Of a DNA stretch of 32,158 nt, positions 17,251-25,675 are shown piece after piece. Below the pieces are notes generated by a model. It saw only the letters and a list, made by a program, of their open reading frames with translations. It ran no database searches and had not been told where the DNA came from. This DNA comes from Acidimicrobiales bacterium (lineage in GTDB: Bacteria > Actinomycetota > Acidimicrobiia > Acidimicrobiales > RAAP-2). Where the stretch lies: NCBI GenBank assembly GCA_017883125.1, contig JADGOD010000008.1, positions 1-32,158 of the forward strand, read 5' to 3'. Position 1 is the stretch's first letter; each line of letters starts with the position of its first letter. A program made the position numbers and the translations under genes.

Positions 17251-19211
17251 AGCCCGATCGGCTCGGAATCGATCGCCTCGCCGGGCTCCGGAGCGGTGAT
17301 CGCCCCGAGGAAGGCCAGAGCCTCGTCACGGTCGATGCTCCGCTTCATGGGCGGGAGCGACCCGAGGAGGACCGAGCGGTAGTTGGCTCTGGCGAGACGG
17401 GGGTCGAGGACGGCGACCACGCCCCTGTCGGTCGTGGACCTGATGAGGCGGCCCACCCCCTGGGCGAGCATCGTTGCCGCCCGCGGAAGGTCGACGAGGG
17501 TGAACGCCTGGGATCCGGCCCGCCGGCGCCGAGCTTCGAGCAGCGGATCATCGGGCCGCCCGAAGGGGAGCCGGTCGATGGTGACGAGCGACAGGCTCCG
17601 ACCCGGGACGTCGAGGCCCTGCCACATCCCCATCGTGGCGAAGAGGCAGGCGTCCTCTTCGTCTCGGAACCTCTCGATGAGCGCGCGGTTGACCGCTGAT
17701 CCCTGGACCAGGATCGGATGGCTGACCCGGTCGGCCACCCGGTCCGCAGCGTCGCGCATCGCTCGACGCGAGGTGAAGAGCGCCAAGGTGCGGCCCCCTG
17801 CGGCGTCGATCAGGACGCCAAGCTCATCGGCGATCTTGAGCTCGGCATCCTCGGCTCTGCGGTCCCCGATGTCGACGGCGACGTAGAGAAGGCTCTGGGT
17901 GCGGAAGTCGAAGGGGGATCCGACGTCGAGCTGGCGGATCTCGGAGTCGTCGAAGCCCAGCCGTCGGCTCAGACCGGGCGGCACCGTGGCGCTCGTCATG
18001 ACCACGGTGGTCGAGTCGAAGAGCCCCGAGGTCAGCGCGGGGCCGACATCGATGGGCGACAGGGTCAGGGTACGAGTCGATCGGCCCCCGTCGAGCCACA
18101 GCACCTCGTTCTCGCCGGCGGTGCGGAGACGACCGACGTCTTCGAGCAGGCGGGTGGCCGAGCTCACGGCACGGGCTGCCTGGGGATCGCCCGCCTCCTG
18201 GGAGGAGCGAAGGCCGCTGAGCACCCGACGGAGGGCTTCGTCGGTCTGGCTGAGGGCCGCAGCCAGCTCCTCGTGCTCGTCCAGCGAGATCTCGACGGCG
18301 TCGGCGAGCTCGCCGAGCGCGAGGTTGATCGCCTCGGCCGCATCTGCCAGGACGGTGACGCCGGCCGCCTGATCTCCGGCCAGGAGCGGTCGAGCCAAGG
18401 TCACCAGCGAGCGAAGACGACCGGCGGTCACCTCAACGCCGAGGGACTGGGTCATGATCTGCTCGAGCTCGTGGACCTCGTCGATGATCACGGCGTTGTG
18501 CTCGGGGAGGACCTGTCCGCCTGAGGCCAGGTGCGCGCCGAGGAGGTGAAGGTTCACCACGATGATGTCGGCCGCGGCTGCGGCCGCACGGGCCTGTTCG
18601 GTGAAGCAGCGGGTGCCCTGGGGGCAGTTGAACGCCCCAGGGCACTCTCGGGGTCCGGTCGAGACCATCGACCAGGCCCGGTCGGAGACGTCGTCGCTCA
18701 GCTCGGCCCGGTCGCCGCTGACCGATTGGCGCTCCCACGCCAAGAGCCGCTCGACGTGAGCGACCAGGCGGCGATCGTCTCGAGGGCCGTCGTCGTCCTC
18801 GTCGACCAGGGCTGCCTGGAAGCCGCGCTCGGCGAGCTCGGCGACGCGCTGTCGGCAGATGTAGTTGGAGCGACCCTTGAGCACGGCGACGCTCACCTCA
18901 CCGAGTGCGGCGACGAGGAGAGGGAGGTCTCGCTGGGCGAGCTGCTCCTGGAGTGCCTTGGTGGCGGTGGCCACCACGACGGGGCGGCCGAGCAGGGCGG
19001 CCGGGACGAGATAGGCCAGGGACTTGCCCGTGCCGGTCCCTGCCTGGACGATCAGGTGCTTGGAGTCGGCGAAGGCCTCTTCGACCGCCTCGGCCATCTC
19101 CACCTGGCCCGGGCGCTCTTCGCCGCCTCCGGGAAGGGTCTCGGTGACCCTGTGCAGCGCGACCGCCACCGGTTGGGGGCGTGTGCCGAGGTTTCGAGGC
19201 GTGAGACTCAC
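17247..19211 (-). CDS. dinG: DinG/YoaA-family ATP-dependent Fe-S DNA helicase
   Basis: Q motif ERPGQ, QAGTGTGKS, KGRSNYIC plus ECPGAFNCPQGTRC (4 Fe-S Cys), DEVH, TSAT, LFTS, QGVGRLIRS. Start GTG 19211 supported by TACGGT -10 7 nt upstream; the longer ORF-track extension is antisense to uppS. Confidence 0.92.
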   Translation of the reverse strand: MSLTPRNLGTRPQPVAVALHRVTETLPGGGEERPGQVEMAEAVEEAFADSKHLIVQAGTGTGKSLAYLVPAALLGRPVVVATATKALQEQLAQRDLPLLVAALGEVSVAVLKGRSNYICRQRVAELAERGFQAALVDEDDDGPRDDRRLVAHVERLLAWERQSVSGDRAELSDDVSDRAWSMVSTGPRECPGAFNCPQGTRCFTEQARAAAAAADIIVVNLHLLGAHLASGGQVLPEHNAVIIDEVHELEQIMTQSLGVEVTAGRLRSLVTLARPLLAGDQAAGVTVLADAAEAINLALGELADAVEISLDEHEELAAALSQTDEALRRVLSGLRSSQEAGDPQAARAVSSATRLLEDVGRLRTAGENEVLWLDGGRSTRTLTLSPIDVGPALTSGLFDSTTVVMTSATVPPGLSRRLGFDDSEIRQLDVGSPFDFRTQSLLYVAVDIGDRRAEDAELKIADELGVLIDAAGGRTLALFTSRRAMRDAADRVADRVSHPILVQGSAVNRALIERFRDEEDACLFATMGMWQGLDVPGRSLSLVTIDRLPFGRPDDPLLEARRRRAGSQAFTLVDLPRAATMLAQGVGRLIRSTTDRGVVAVLDPRLARANYRSVLLGSLPPMKRSIDRDEALAFLGAITAPEPGEAIDSEPIGL

Positions 19212-19280
19212 GCATGGCACCGTAGCGGGATGGATCGACCACGGGCCGACGCCGATCGATCGGCGTTGTAGGTTCGAGCC

Positions 19281-20051
19281 GTGGCTATCTCTCGTTCCAG
19301 ACGCAATCCGGGCGATCGACCGGTCGACCCCTCGTTCCCCGCTGAGATCGATTGGGACCACATCCCGAAGCACGTGGCGTGCGTGATGGATGGCAACGGA
19401 CGATGGGCGAGCCGTCGAGGGCTGCCGAGGACCGAAGGCCACGCAGCGGGCGAAGAGGCACTGGTCGATGCCATCGACGGAGCCCTCGCTCTCGGGATCG
19501 GCTGGATCACGATGTACGCCTTCTCCACGGAGAACTGGCGGCGCCCGGTCGACGAGGTGCGCTACCTGATGCGATTCAACGAGTCGCTCCTCATGAGGCG
19601 CCGCGACGAGCTCAACGAGAAGGGGGTGCGGATCCGCTTCGCTGGCCGTCGAGACTGGCGGGTCCCGCGCCGGGTCTTGCGTCGGATGGACGAGGCGGCC
19701 GAGCTGACCAAGGACAACCGGACCCTCACCTTGACGATGGCCTTCAACTACGGAGGTCGGGCCGAGATCGTCGACGCCGTCAAGGCACTGGTGGCCGAGG
19801 GGGTCTCCGCCGACAAGGTCGACGAGAAGGCCATCCGACGCCATCTCTACCACCCTGACATGCCCGACCCCGACCTCGTGGTGCGCACCTCGGGAGAGCA
19901 CCGGATCTCGAACTACCTGCTCTGGGAGATCGCCTACTCCGAGCTCGTCTTCCCCGAGGTCCTGTGGCCCGACTTCCGTCGGGAGCACCTCTATGAGGCG
20001 GTCCTGGAGTTCCAGCGGCGTGAGCGCCGCTACGGGGGCCTCGAGACATGA
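19281..20051 (+). CDS. uppS: Polyprenyl (undecaprenyl/decaprenyl) diphosphate synthase
   Basis: PKHVACVMDGNGRWA, YAFSTENWRRP, FNYGGRAEI, DLVVRTSGEHRISNYLLWE, RRYGG. TAGGTT -10 lies 6 nt upstream of the GTG. Confidence 0.96.
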   Translation: MAISRSRRNPGDRPVDPSFPAEIDWDHIPKHVACVMDGNGRWASRRGLPRTEGHAAGEEALVDAIDGALALGIGWITMYAFSTENWRRPVDEVRYLMRFNESLLMRRRDELNEKGVRIRFAGRRDWRVPRRVLRRMDEAAELTKDNRTLTLTMAFNYGGRAEIVDAVKALVAEGVSADKVDEKAIRRHLYHPDMPDPDLVVRTSGEHRISNYLLWEIAYSELVFPEVLWPDFRREHLYEAVLEFQRRERRYGGLET

Positions 20052-20275
20052 CCTACACCCGGCTCGGCATCGTGCTCGGAGCCGTGGCGCTGATCGCAGT
20101 CGGTCTCGTCGCCGCTCTCACCGACTCGCCACTACGCGCCCCGCTCATCGCTCTGGCCGCCCTGGTGGTCCTGGTAGCCGGAGGGAACTACCTCAACGAC
20201 TACCTGGGGATCAAGCGCAAGCCCCAGGAGTTCAACCGGCCCGATCGACACCCCGACGAAGACGACACTCCGTGA
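20048..20275 (+). CDS. Small hypothetical membrane protein (2 predicted TM helices, 75 aa)
   Basis: Two hydrophobic stretches followed by a charged tail. ATGA overlap with the uppS stop and GTGA overlap with the recO start. Confidence 0.75.
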   Translation: MTYTRLGIVLGAVALIAVGLVAALTDSPLRAPLIALAALVVLVAGGNYLNDYLGIKRKPQEFNRPDRHPDEDDTP

Positions 20276-21000
20276 GCCTCATCCGAGATGACGGGGTGAT
20301 CCTTCGCACCTACCGTCTCGGTGAGGCGGATCGGATCGTGGTCGCCCTCACCAAGGAGCACGGCAAGGTCCGCGCCGTGGCCAAAGGCGTCCGCAAGACC
20401 GGCTCGAAGTTCGGCTCGAGGCTCGAGCCCCTCACCCACGTCGCGCTGCTCCTCTGGCGCGGCCGTGGCGATCTCGACACGGTGAACCAGGTCGAGGTCA
20501 TCGAGCAGCACTGGAAGATCCGCGAGGACCTCGACCGGATGACTGCCGGGATGGCCATGCTCGAGGTCGTCGATCAGGTCTCCCAGGAGGGCCACCCTGA
20601 CCCCGCGATCCTCGAGACGCTGGTCCGAGCCCTCCGGGTCCTCGACGACGCGACGCGGAACCCGACGTTGGTGGCACCTTCGTTCTTCCTGCGCGCCCTC
20701 GAGCTCGAGGGGACGATGCCCGTCCTCGACGTCTGCGCCTCGTGCGGCGCAGACGGGGTCGAGCTGGTGGCCTTCGACCTCAGCCAGGGCGGGACGCTCT
20801 GCCGCTCGTGTCGTCGCGGCCGGCCGCTCTCCGCCGATGCGCTTGTCCTGCTGCGCCGGATCCTCAGGGGAGACCTCGGCGCGGTTCTCGCCGGCGAGCC
20901 TCCGGCTGGATCGGACGAGGTCTCGATCCTGGCCACCGAAGCCATCGAGATCCACCTTGACCGGCGCCTGCGCTCCGTGCGATCCGTCGCCGGCATCTGA
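20272..21000 (+). CDS. recO: DNA repair protein RecO
   Basis: GVILRTYRLGEADRIV, HGKVRAVAKGVRKTGSKFGSRLEP, zinc finger CASC...CRSC. Confidence 0.95.
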   Translation: MSLIRDDGVILRTYRLGEADRIVVALTKEHGKVRAVAKGVRKTGSKFGSRLEPLTHVALLLWRGRGDLDTVNQVEVIEQHWKIREDLDRMTAGMAMLEVVDQVSQEGHPDPAILETLVRALRVLDDATRNPTLVAPSFFLRALELEGTMPVLDVCASCGADGVELVAFDLSQGGTLCRSCRRGRPLSADALVLLRRILRGDLGAVLAGEPPAGSDEVSILATEAIEIHLDRRLRSVRSVAGI

Positions 21001-21017
21001 TCCAGAGGCTCCGTTCG

Positions 21018-21188
21018 ATGGCTCCTCCCGTGCTCTGGGTCCGGCGAGAACTCCGGCTCGGGGACCACCTCGCCTTCCACGAGGCAGCTCGACGCGGGGG
21101 ACCTGATGGGGCCGTCCCGCTGTTCATCGTCGACGAGGCGCTGCGGAGGTACGCCGAGTCCCGCGATGGATGTCGGGCCGGTTCGTGA
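21018..21188 (+). pseudogene. Internally deleted DNA photolyase remnant (56 aa ORF, not in ORF track)
   Basis: Own translation: [56 protein letters not shown]. The start matches the photolyase N-terminal W-F-R-R-D-L-R-L-x-D-N/H motif and V-P-L-F-V-x-D strand. The TGA overlaps the hemW GTG. Confidence 0.7.
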
Positions 21189-22294
21189 CGGGCGAGCCCT
21201 TCGGCGTCTACGTGCACATACCGTTCTGTGCGCAGCGCTGCGACTACTGCGCGTTCGTGACCTACGTGGGCGTCGATGACCTGCACGCCCGGTACGTCGA
21301 CTCGCTCCGCTCGGAGTACGAGCGCTCGCAGGGCGAGGGCCGGGTGCGGCCGGCGACGTCTGTCTTCTTCGGAGGGGGGACCCCCTCGCGGCTGGATCCG
21401 GATCTGCTGGGATCGGTCCTCGGCGAGATAGACCGCGCCGAGGGCTGCGAGGTCACCGTCGAGGTGAACCCCGAAGACGCCGACGCCGACACGCTTGGCC
21501 GCCTGGTCGCCCACGGCGTCAACCGGTTCAGCATCGGCATCCAATCGACGGCTCCCCATGTGCTCTCTGGGATCGGGCGAACCCATCGCGGCGAGAGCGT
21601 CGCCGCCATCGCCGAGGCCGTGGCGTCGAGCGGAGTATCGACCTGGTCGATGGACCTGATCGTCGGATCGAACGAAGAGCGTGACGAAGACCTCATCGCT
21701 ACCGTCAACGACCTCCTGGGGCACCAAGGTGCTCCACCACACCTGAGCGCCTACCTCCTGACCGTCGAGAAGGGGACGCCGTTGAGCCGGGACCCGGCGC
21801 GCCATCCCGACGACGACGTCCTTGCGCACCGCTACGAGCTGCTCGATGAGCTCCTCGTGGGCTACGGCTACTCGTGGTACGAGGTGTCGAACTTCTCGCT
21901 TCCCGAACATGAGTGCCGCCACAACCAGCTGTACTGGCGCCAGGGCGAGTACCTCGGTCTGGGCACCGCCGCGCACAGCCATCAGGCAGCTCGCCGGTGG
22001 TGGAACATCGCCAACCTTGAGACCTACATCGAGCGCGTCGAGGAGGGGAGCGACCCGACGGCGGGCGAAGAGGTCCTCGACGAGGCGTCGCGGGCCTTCG
22101 AGGGCCTGGCGCTGGCGTTGCGCACGAGCCAGGGCGTCCCTCTCGGGTCGTTCCGTGATCTCGACGAGCTCGATGGGTTCGTGGTCCAGCATGGCGATCG
22201 CCTCGTCCTGACCCGCCGGGGACGGTTGGTCGCCGACGAGATGATCCGCCGTCTGAGCGTCGAGGAGGGGTCGTTCTCCAGAGACCCCGAGTAA
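21185..22294 (+). CDS. hemW: Radical SAM heme chaperone HemW (HemN-like)
   Basis: [14 protein letters not shown] (CxxxCxxC), [24 protein letters not shown] signature. Start GTG 21185 (GTGA coupling) or ATG 21170. Confidence 0.92.
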   Translation: MTGEPFGVYVHIPFCAQRCDYCAFVTYVGVDDLHARYVDSLRSEYERSQGEGRVRPATSVFFGGGTPSRLDPDLLGSVLGEIDRAEGCEVTVEVNPEDADADTLGRLVAHGVNRFSIGIQSTAPHVLSGIGRTHRGESVAAIAEAVASSGVSTWSMDLIVGSNEERDEDLIATVNDLLGHQGAPPHLSAYLLTVEKGTPLSRDPARHPDDDVLAHRYELLDELLVGYGYSWYEVSNFSLPEHECRHNQLYWRQGEYLGLGTAAHSHQAARRWWNIANLETYIERVEEGSDPTAGEEVLDEASRAFEGLALALRTSQGVPLGSFRDLDELDGFVVQHGDRLVLTRRGRLVADEMIRRLSVEEGSFSRDPE

Positions 22295-22314
22295 CGGGGG
22301 TAGGTTTTGAGGCC

Positions 22315-23643
22315 ATGAGTGAACCCCTCGACGTCACCCCCGATCCCGCACTGACCGAGAAGGTCGTCAACCTGGCCAAGCGCCGGGGATTCGTCTTCCC
22401 CTCGGCGGAGATCTACGGAGGATTCCGTTCCACCTATGACTACGGACCTCTCGGGGTCCTGCTGCTTCGCAACGTGAAGAACCAGTGGTGGCGCTCGATG
22501 GTCCAGATGCGTGACGACGTCGTCGGACTGGACGCGGCGATCCTCTCTCCTCCGGCGATCTGGGCGGCATCGGGTCACCTGACGACGTTCTCGGACCCCA
22601 TGGTGGACTGCCGCAAGTGCAAGGAGCGGTGGCGGGCCGATCAGATCGGCGAGACGTGCCCGAACTGCGGCTCGAAGGACCTGACCGACGCCCGCGACTT
22701 CCAGCTGATGTTCAAGACCAACGCCGGGCCCGTCGAGGACGAGGGCTCCGTGGCCTACCTGCGCCCCGAGACGGCCCAGGGGATGTTCACCAACTTCATG
22801 AACGTCCTGACGACCACCAGGAAGCGACCCCCCTTCGGGATCGCCCAGGTGGGCAAGTCCTTCCGCAACGAGATCACCCCGCAGAACTTCGTCTTCCGGA
22901 CCCGTGAGTTCGAGCAGATGGAGATGGAGTACTTCGTCCCGCCCGATGAGGCCTCCACGTGGTTCGACTACTGGGTGGCGGAGCGGTTCAGCTGGTACAC
23001 GGATCTCGGGATCCCTGACTCGATGCTGCGCCTCCGGCCCCACGACCCCGATGAGCTGAGCCACTACTCCGCGGGGACCACCGACATCGAGTTCCTCTTC
23101 CCCTGGGGATGGGGAGAGCTCGAAGGGGTGGCGAACAGGACGGACTACGACCTCAAGGCGCACTCGGCGGCGTCGGGGGAGAGGCTCGAGTACTTCGACC
23201 AGGCAGCCAACGAGCGCTACACGCCGTACGTGATCGAGCCGGCGGCCGGTGCCACGCGAGCGATGATGGCGTTCCTCCTCGCCGCCTACGACGAGGACGA
23301 GATCGCCGGCGAGACCCGCACCGTGCTCCGGCTCGACTGGAGGCTCGCGCCGACGCAGGTCGCAGTCCTGCCGCTGTCGAAGAAGGCGGAGCTCGAGCCG
23401 GTGGCTCGAGAGGTCCTGGGCCTGCTCCAGCCGCATTTCCAGTGCGACTACGACGTCACCCAGTCGATCGGGCGTCGCTACCGTCGCCAGGACGAGGTCG
23501 GGACCCCATGGTGCGTGACGGTCGACTTCGACACGCTCGAAGACCGGGCCGTCACGGTGCGAGACCGGGACTCCACCGAGCAGGTGCGGATCCCGATCGA
23601 TCAGCTGCTCGCCACCCTGGTCGGTCGAACCTCCGCTCACTGA
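22315..23643 (+). CDS. glyQS: Glycine--tRNA ligase (homodimeric alpha2 type)
   Basis: [80 protein letters not shown] -10 at 22301-22306. Confidence 0.97.
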   Translation: MSEPLDVTPDPALTEKVVNLAKRRGFVFPSAEIYGGFRSTYDYGPLGVLLLRNVKNQWWRSMVQMRDDVVGLDAAILSPPAIWAASGHLTTFSDPMVDCRKCKERWRADQIGETCPNCGSKDLTDARDFQLMFKTNAGPVEDEGSVAYLRPETAQGMFTNFMNVLTTTRKRPPFGIAQVGKSFRNEITPQNFVFRTREFEQMEMEYFVPPDEASTWFDYWVAERFSWYTDLGIPDSMLRLRPHDPDELSHYSAGTTDIEFLFPWGWGELEGVANRTDYDLKAHSAASGERLEYFDQAANERYTPYVIEPAAGATRAMMAFLLAAYDEDEIAGETRTVLRLDWRLAPTQVAVLPLSKKAELEPVAREVLGLLQPHFQCDYDVTQSIGRRYRRQDEVGTPWCVTVDFDTLEDRAVTVRDRDSTEQVRIPIDQLLATLVGRTSAH

Positions 23644-23662
23644 GCTCCGACGTGCTGGCGTC

Positions 23663-24466
23663 CTAGGCGAGTCGTCGGTACCGCCGAACGGCAATCGGCG
23701 CGAGGACGACGAGCAGTCCGACGCTCCAGGCCACGGACTTGAGGACCGCTCCGTAGGAGTAGTAGTTGCCGCCGATCATCAGCGATCGAGCGGCGTTGAC
23801 GGCGACGGAGACCGGCTGGTTGGCGGCGAAGCCCTGCAGCCATCCCGGCATCGAGGCGACAGGGACAAACGCTGTCGACGCGAACGTCAGGGGGAAGAGG
23901 ATCGGGAACGACATGAGCTGGGCGGTCTCGGCGTTGGCGGCGGTCAGGCCGATATAGGCGAAGCCCCACATCAGCGAGTACGAGAAGAGCAGGATGACGA
24001 GGCACGCAACGAGGTACTGCGCCACGTTCGATGTCGGCCGAAAGCCGACCAGGATGCCCACCACAGACATCAAGGCGATCACGAAGACGTTCCGGATCAC
24101 GTCGGCGGTGGTGCGGCCCCCGAGGACCGCGGAGCGTGCCATTGGCAGCGCTCGGAACCGCTCAAGGAGCCCGCTCTGGAGGTCCTCGGCCAGACCGATG
24201 GCCGTCGAGACCGCACCGAAGCAGACGGTCTGGACGAAGATCCCGGGCATCAGGTAGTTGACGTAGGTGGTCCCAGTGATCGGGATCGCCCCGCCGAAGA
24301 CGTAGCGGAACAGCAGGACGAACATGATCGGCTGAAGGGTCGAGAAGAACAGCGCCTCAGGGACCCTGAGCGTCCGAAGCAGGTTTCGCCAGGTCAGGGA
24401 CCTGGTGTCGGAGAGCGCCCAGCGCAGACGGCCGGTCGCCGATGGGGTGAGTGCGAGATCGGTCAT
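23663..24466 (-). CDS. ABC-2 type transporter permease (DrrB-like)
   Basis: QPIMFVLLFRYVFGGAI, YLMPGIFVQ, ERFRALPMARSAVLGGR, FASTAFVPVASMPGWLQ..A..QP; about 6 TM helices; ATGA overlap with the ATPase stop. Confidence 0.93.
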   Translation of the reverse strand: MTDLALTPSATGRLRWALSDTRSLTWRNLLRTLRVPEALFFSTLQPIMFVLLFRYVFGGAIPITGTTYVNYLMPGIFVQTVCFGAVSTAIGLAEDLQSGLLERFRALPMARSAVLGGRTTADVIRNVFVIALMSVVGILVGFRPTSNVAQYLVACLVILLFSYSLMWGFAYIGLTAANAETAQLMSFPILFPLTFASTAFVPVASMPGWLQGFAANQPVSVAVNAARSLMIGGNYYSYGAVLKSVAWSVGLLVVLAPIAVRRYRRLA

Positions 24467-25476
24467 GAGGACTCCCTGGCCGAACGACGGCCCTTCGGCT
24501 TCTGGCCGTCAGCGACGGCTTCGGTGTCGACGTCAGTCCGTCGGCCGGTCAGCTCCAAGAAGACGTCGTCGAGGCTGGGCTCTCGGAGGGAGAGGCCAAC
24601 GAGGACCAGACCGGCGCCATCGATCCGCCGGATCGCCTCGGCGGCGATCTCGGGTCCCTGCTCGACGGTGAGCTCCACGGCGACGCCAACGACGTGAGCG
24701 GTCTTGGTCGTCAGGTCGTGGAGGAGGCCGGCCGCAGTATTGGCCGCCTCTTCGTCGGCCAAGGTGAGCTCGAGCACGGTTGCCCCCAAGTCCGCCTTGA
24801 GTCCGGCAGGCGACCCACTGGCGATCACGCGGCCATGGTCGATGACCACGATGTTCTGGGCGAGGCGGTCGGCCTCCTCGAGGTACTGCGTCGTGAGCAG
24901 CACGGTGGTGCCACCCTGGACGAGGGCTTCGATCACGTCCCACAGCCCGAGGCGGCTCTGGGGGTCGAGCCCGGTGGTCGGCTCGTCGAGGAACAGGACC
25001 GGCGGGCGGGCCACGAGGGCGGCCGCTAGGTCAAGGCGCCGCCGCATCCCGCCCGAGTAGGTCTTGACCGGTCGATCGGCAGCGGCAGAGAGCCCGAACT
25101 GGCTGAGCAGCTCCGCGGCCCGGGGAGCGACGGTGGACCTCTTCAGGTGACAGAGGTGGCCGACCATGGTGAGGTTCTCTGTGCCCGTGAGGTTCTCATC
25201 GACCGCTGCGTACTGGCCGGCAAGACCGATCAGCTGGCGAACGGTGCTGGCTTGCTTGACGACGTCGTAGCCCATGATGGACGCACTGCCCGAGTCGGGC
25301 CCGAGGATGGTGGCCAGGATCCGGACGGCGGTTGTCTTGCCCGCTCCATTGGGCCCCAGGAGTCCGACGACCTGACCGGCAGGTACCTCGAGGTCGAAGG
25401 CGTCGAGCGCCTTGATCGTTCCGTTCGAGAAGGACTTCGTCAGGCCGCGGGCCTCAACGGCAAAAGGAGAGGACAT
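24463..25476 (-). CDS. ABC transporter ATP-binding protein (DrrA family)
   Basis: GPNGAGKTT, YSGGMRRRLDLA, LFLDEPTTGLDP, LLTTQYLEEAD, PSLDDVFLELTG. Start ATG 25476 (MSSPFAVEA) with TAATCT -10 7 nt upstream. Confidence 0.94.
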   Translation of the reverse strand: MSSPFAVEARGLTKSFSNGTIKALDAFDLEVPAGQVVGLLGPNGAGKTTAVRILATILGPDSGSASIMGYDVVKQASTVRQLIGLAGQYAAVDENLTGTENLTMVGHLCHLKRSTVAPRAAELLSQFGLSAAADRPVKTYSGGMRRRLDLAAALVARPPVLFLDEPTTGLDPQSRLGLWDVIEALVQGGTTVLLTTQYLEEADRLAQNIVVIDHGRVIASGSPAGLKADLGATVLELTLADEEAANTAAGLLHDLTTKTAHVVGVAVELTVEQGPEIAAEAIRRIDGAGLVLVGLSLREPSLDDVFLELTGRRTDVDTEAVADGQKPKGRRSARESS

Positions 25477-25675
25477 CTCTTCGAGATTAGCGATGCCCTG
25501 GTCGGCCCATGACGGGGGGCCTAGGGGGATTGGTAGGGCGCCAACCGAAGCTGCGTGGGGGGCCGCGCGCCGAAGATCGTTCAGTTGGATCTGCACGGGG
25601 GTCGTTACTCAGGGTGGGAGTCGCGCCCGATTAGTCTTGTGGTGCCTCCCACTAACCAAACGAGAGAGATTCCTC

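Noticed and set aside
17247..19211. DinG as part of a type IV CRISPR or other defence system
   Set aside because: No cas genes, repeat arrays or defence partners nearby; the context is housekeeping.
19212..19988. Apparent 913-aa DinG with a large extra N-terminal domain
   Set aside because: The extension is mostly the reverse complement of uppS; helicase motifs and a leaderless -10 place the start at 19211.
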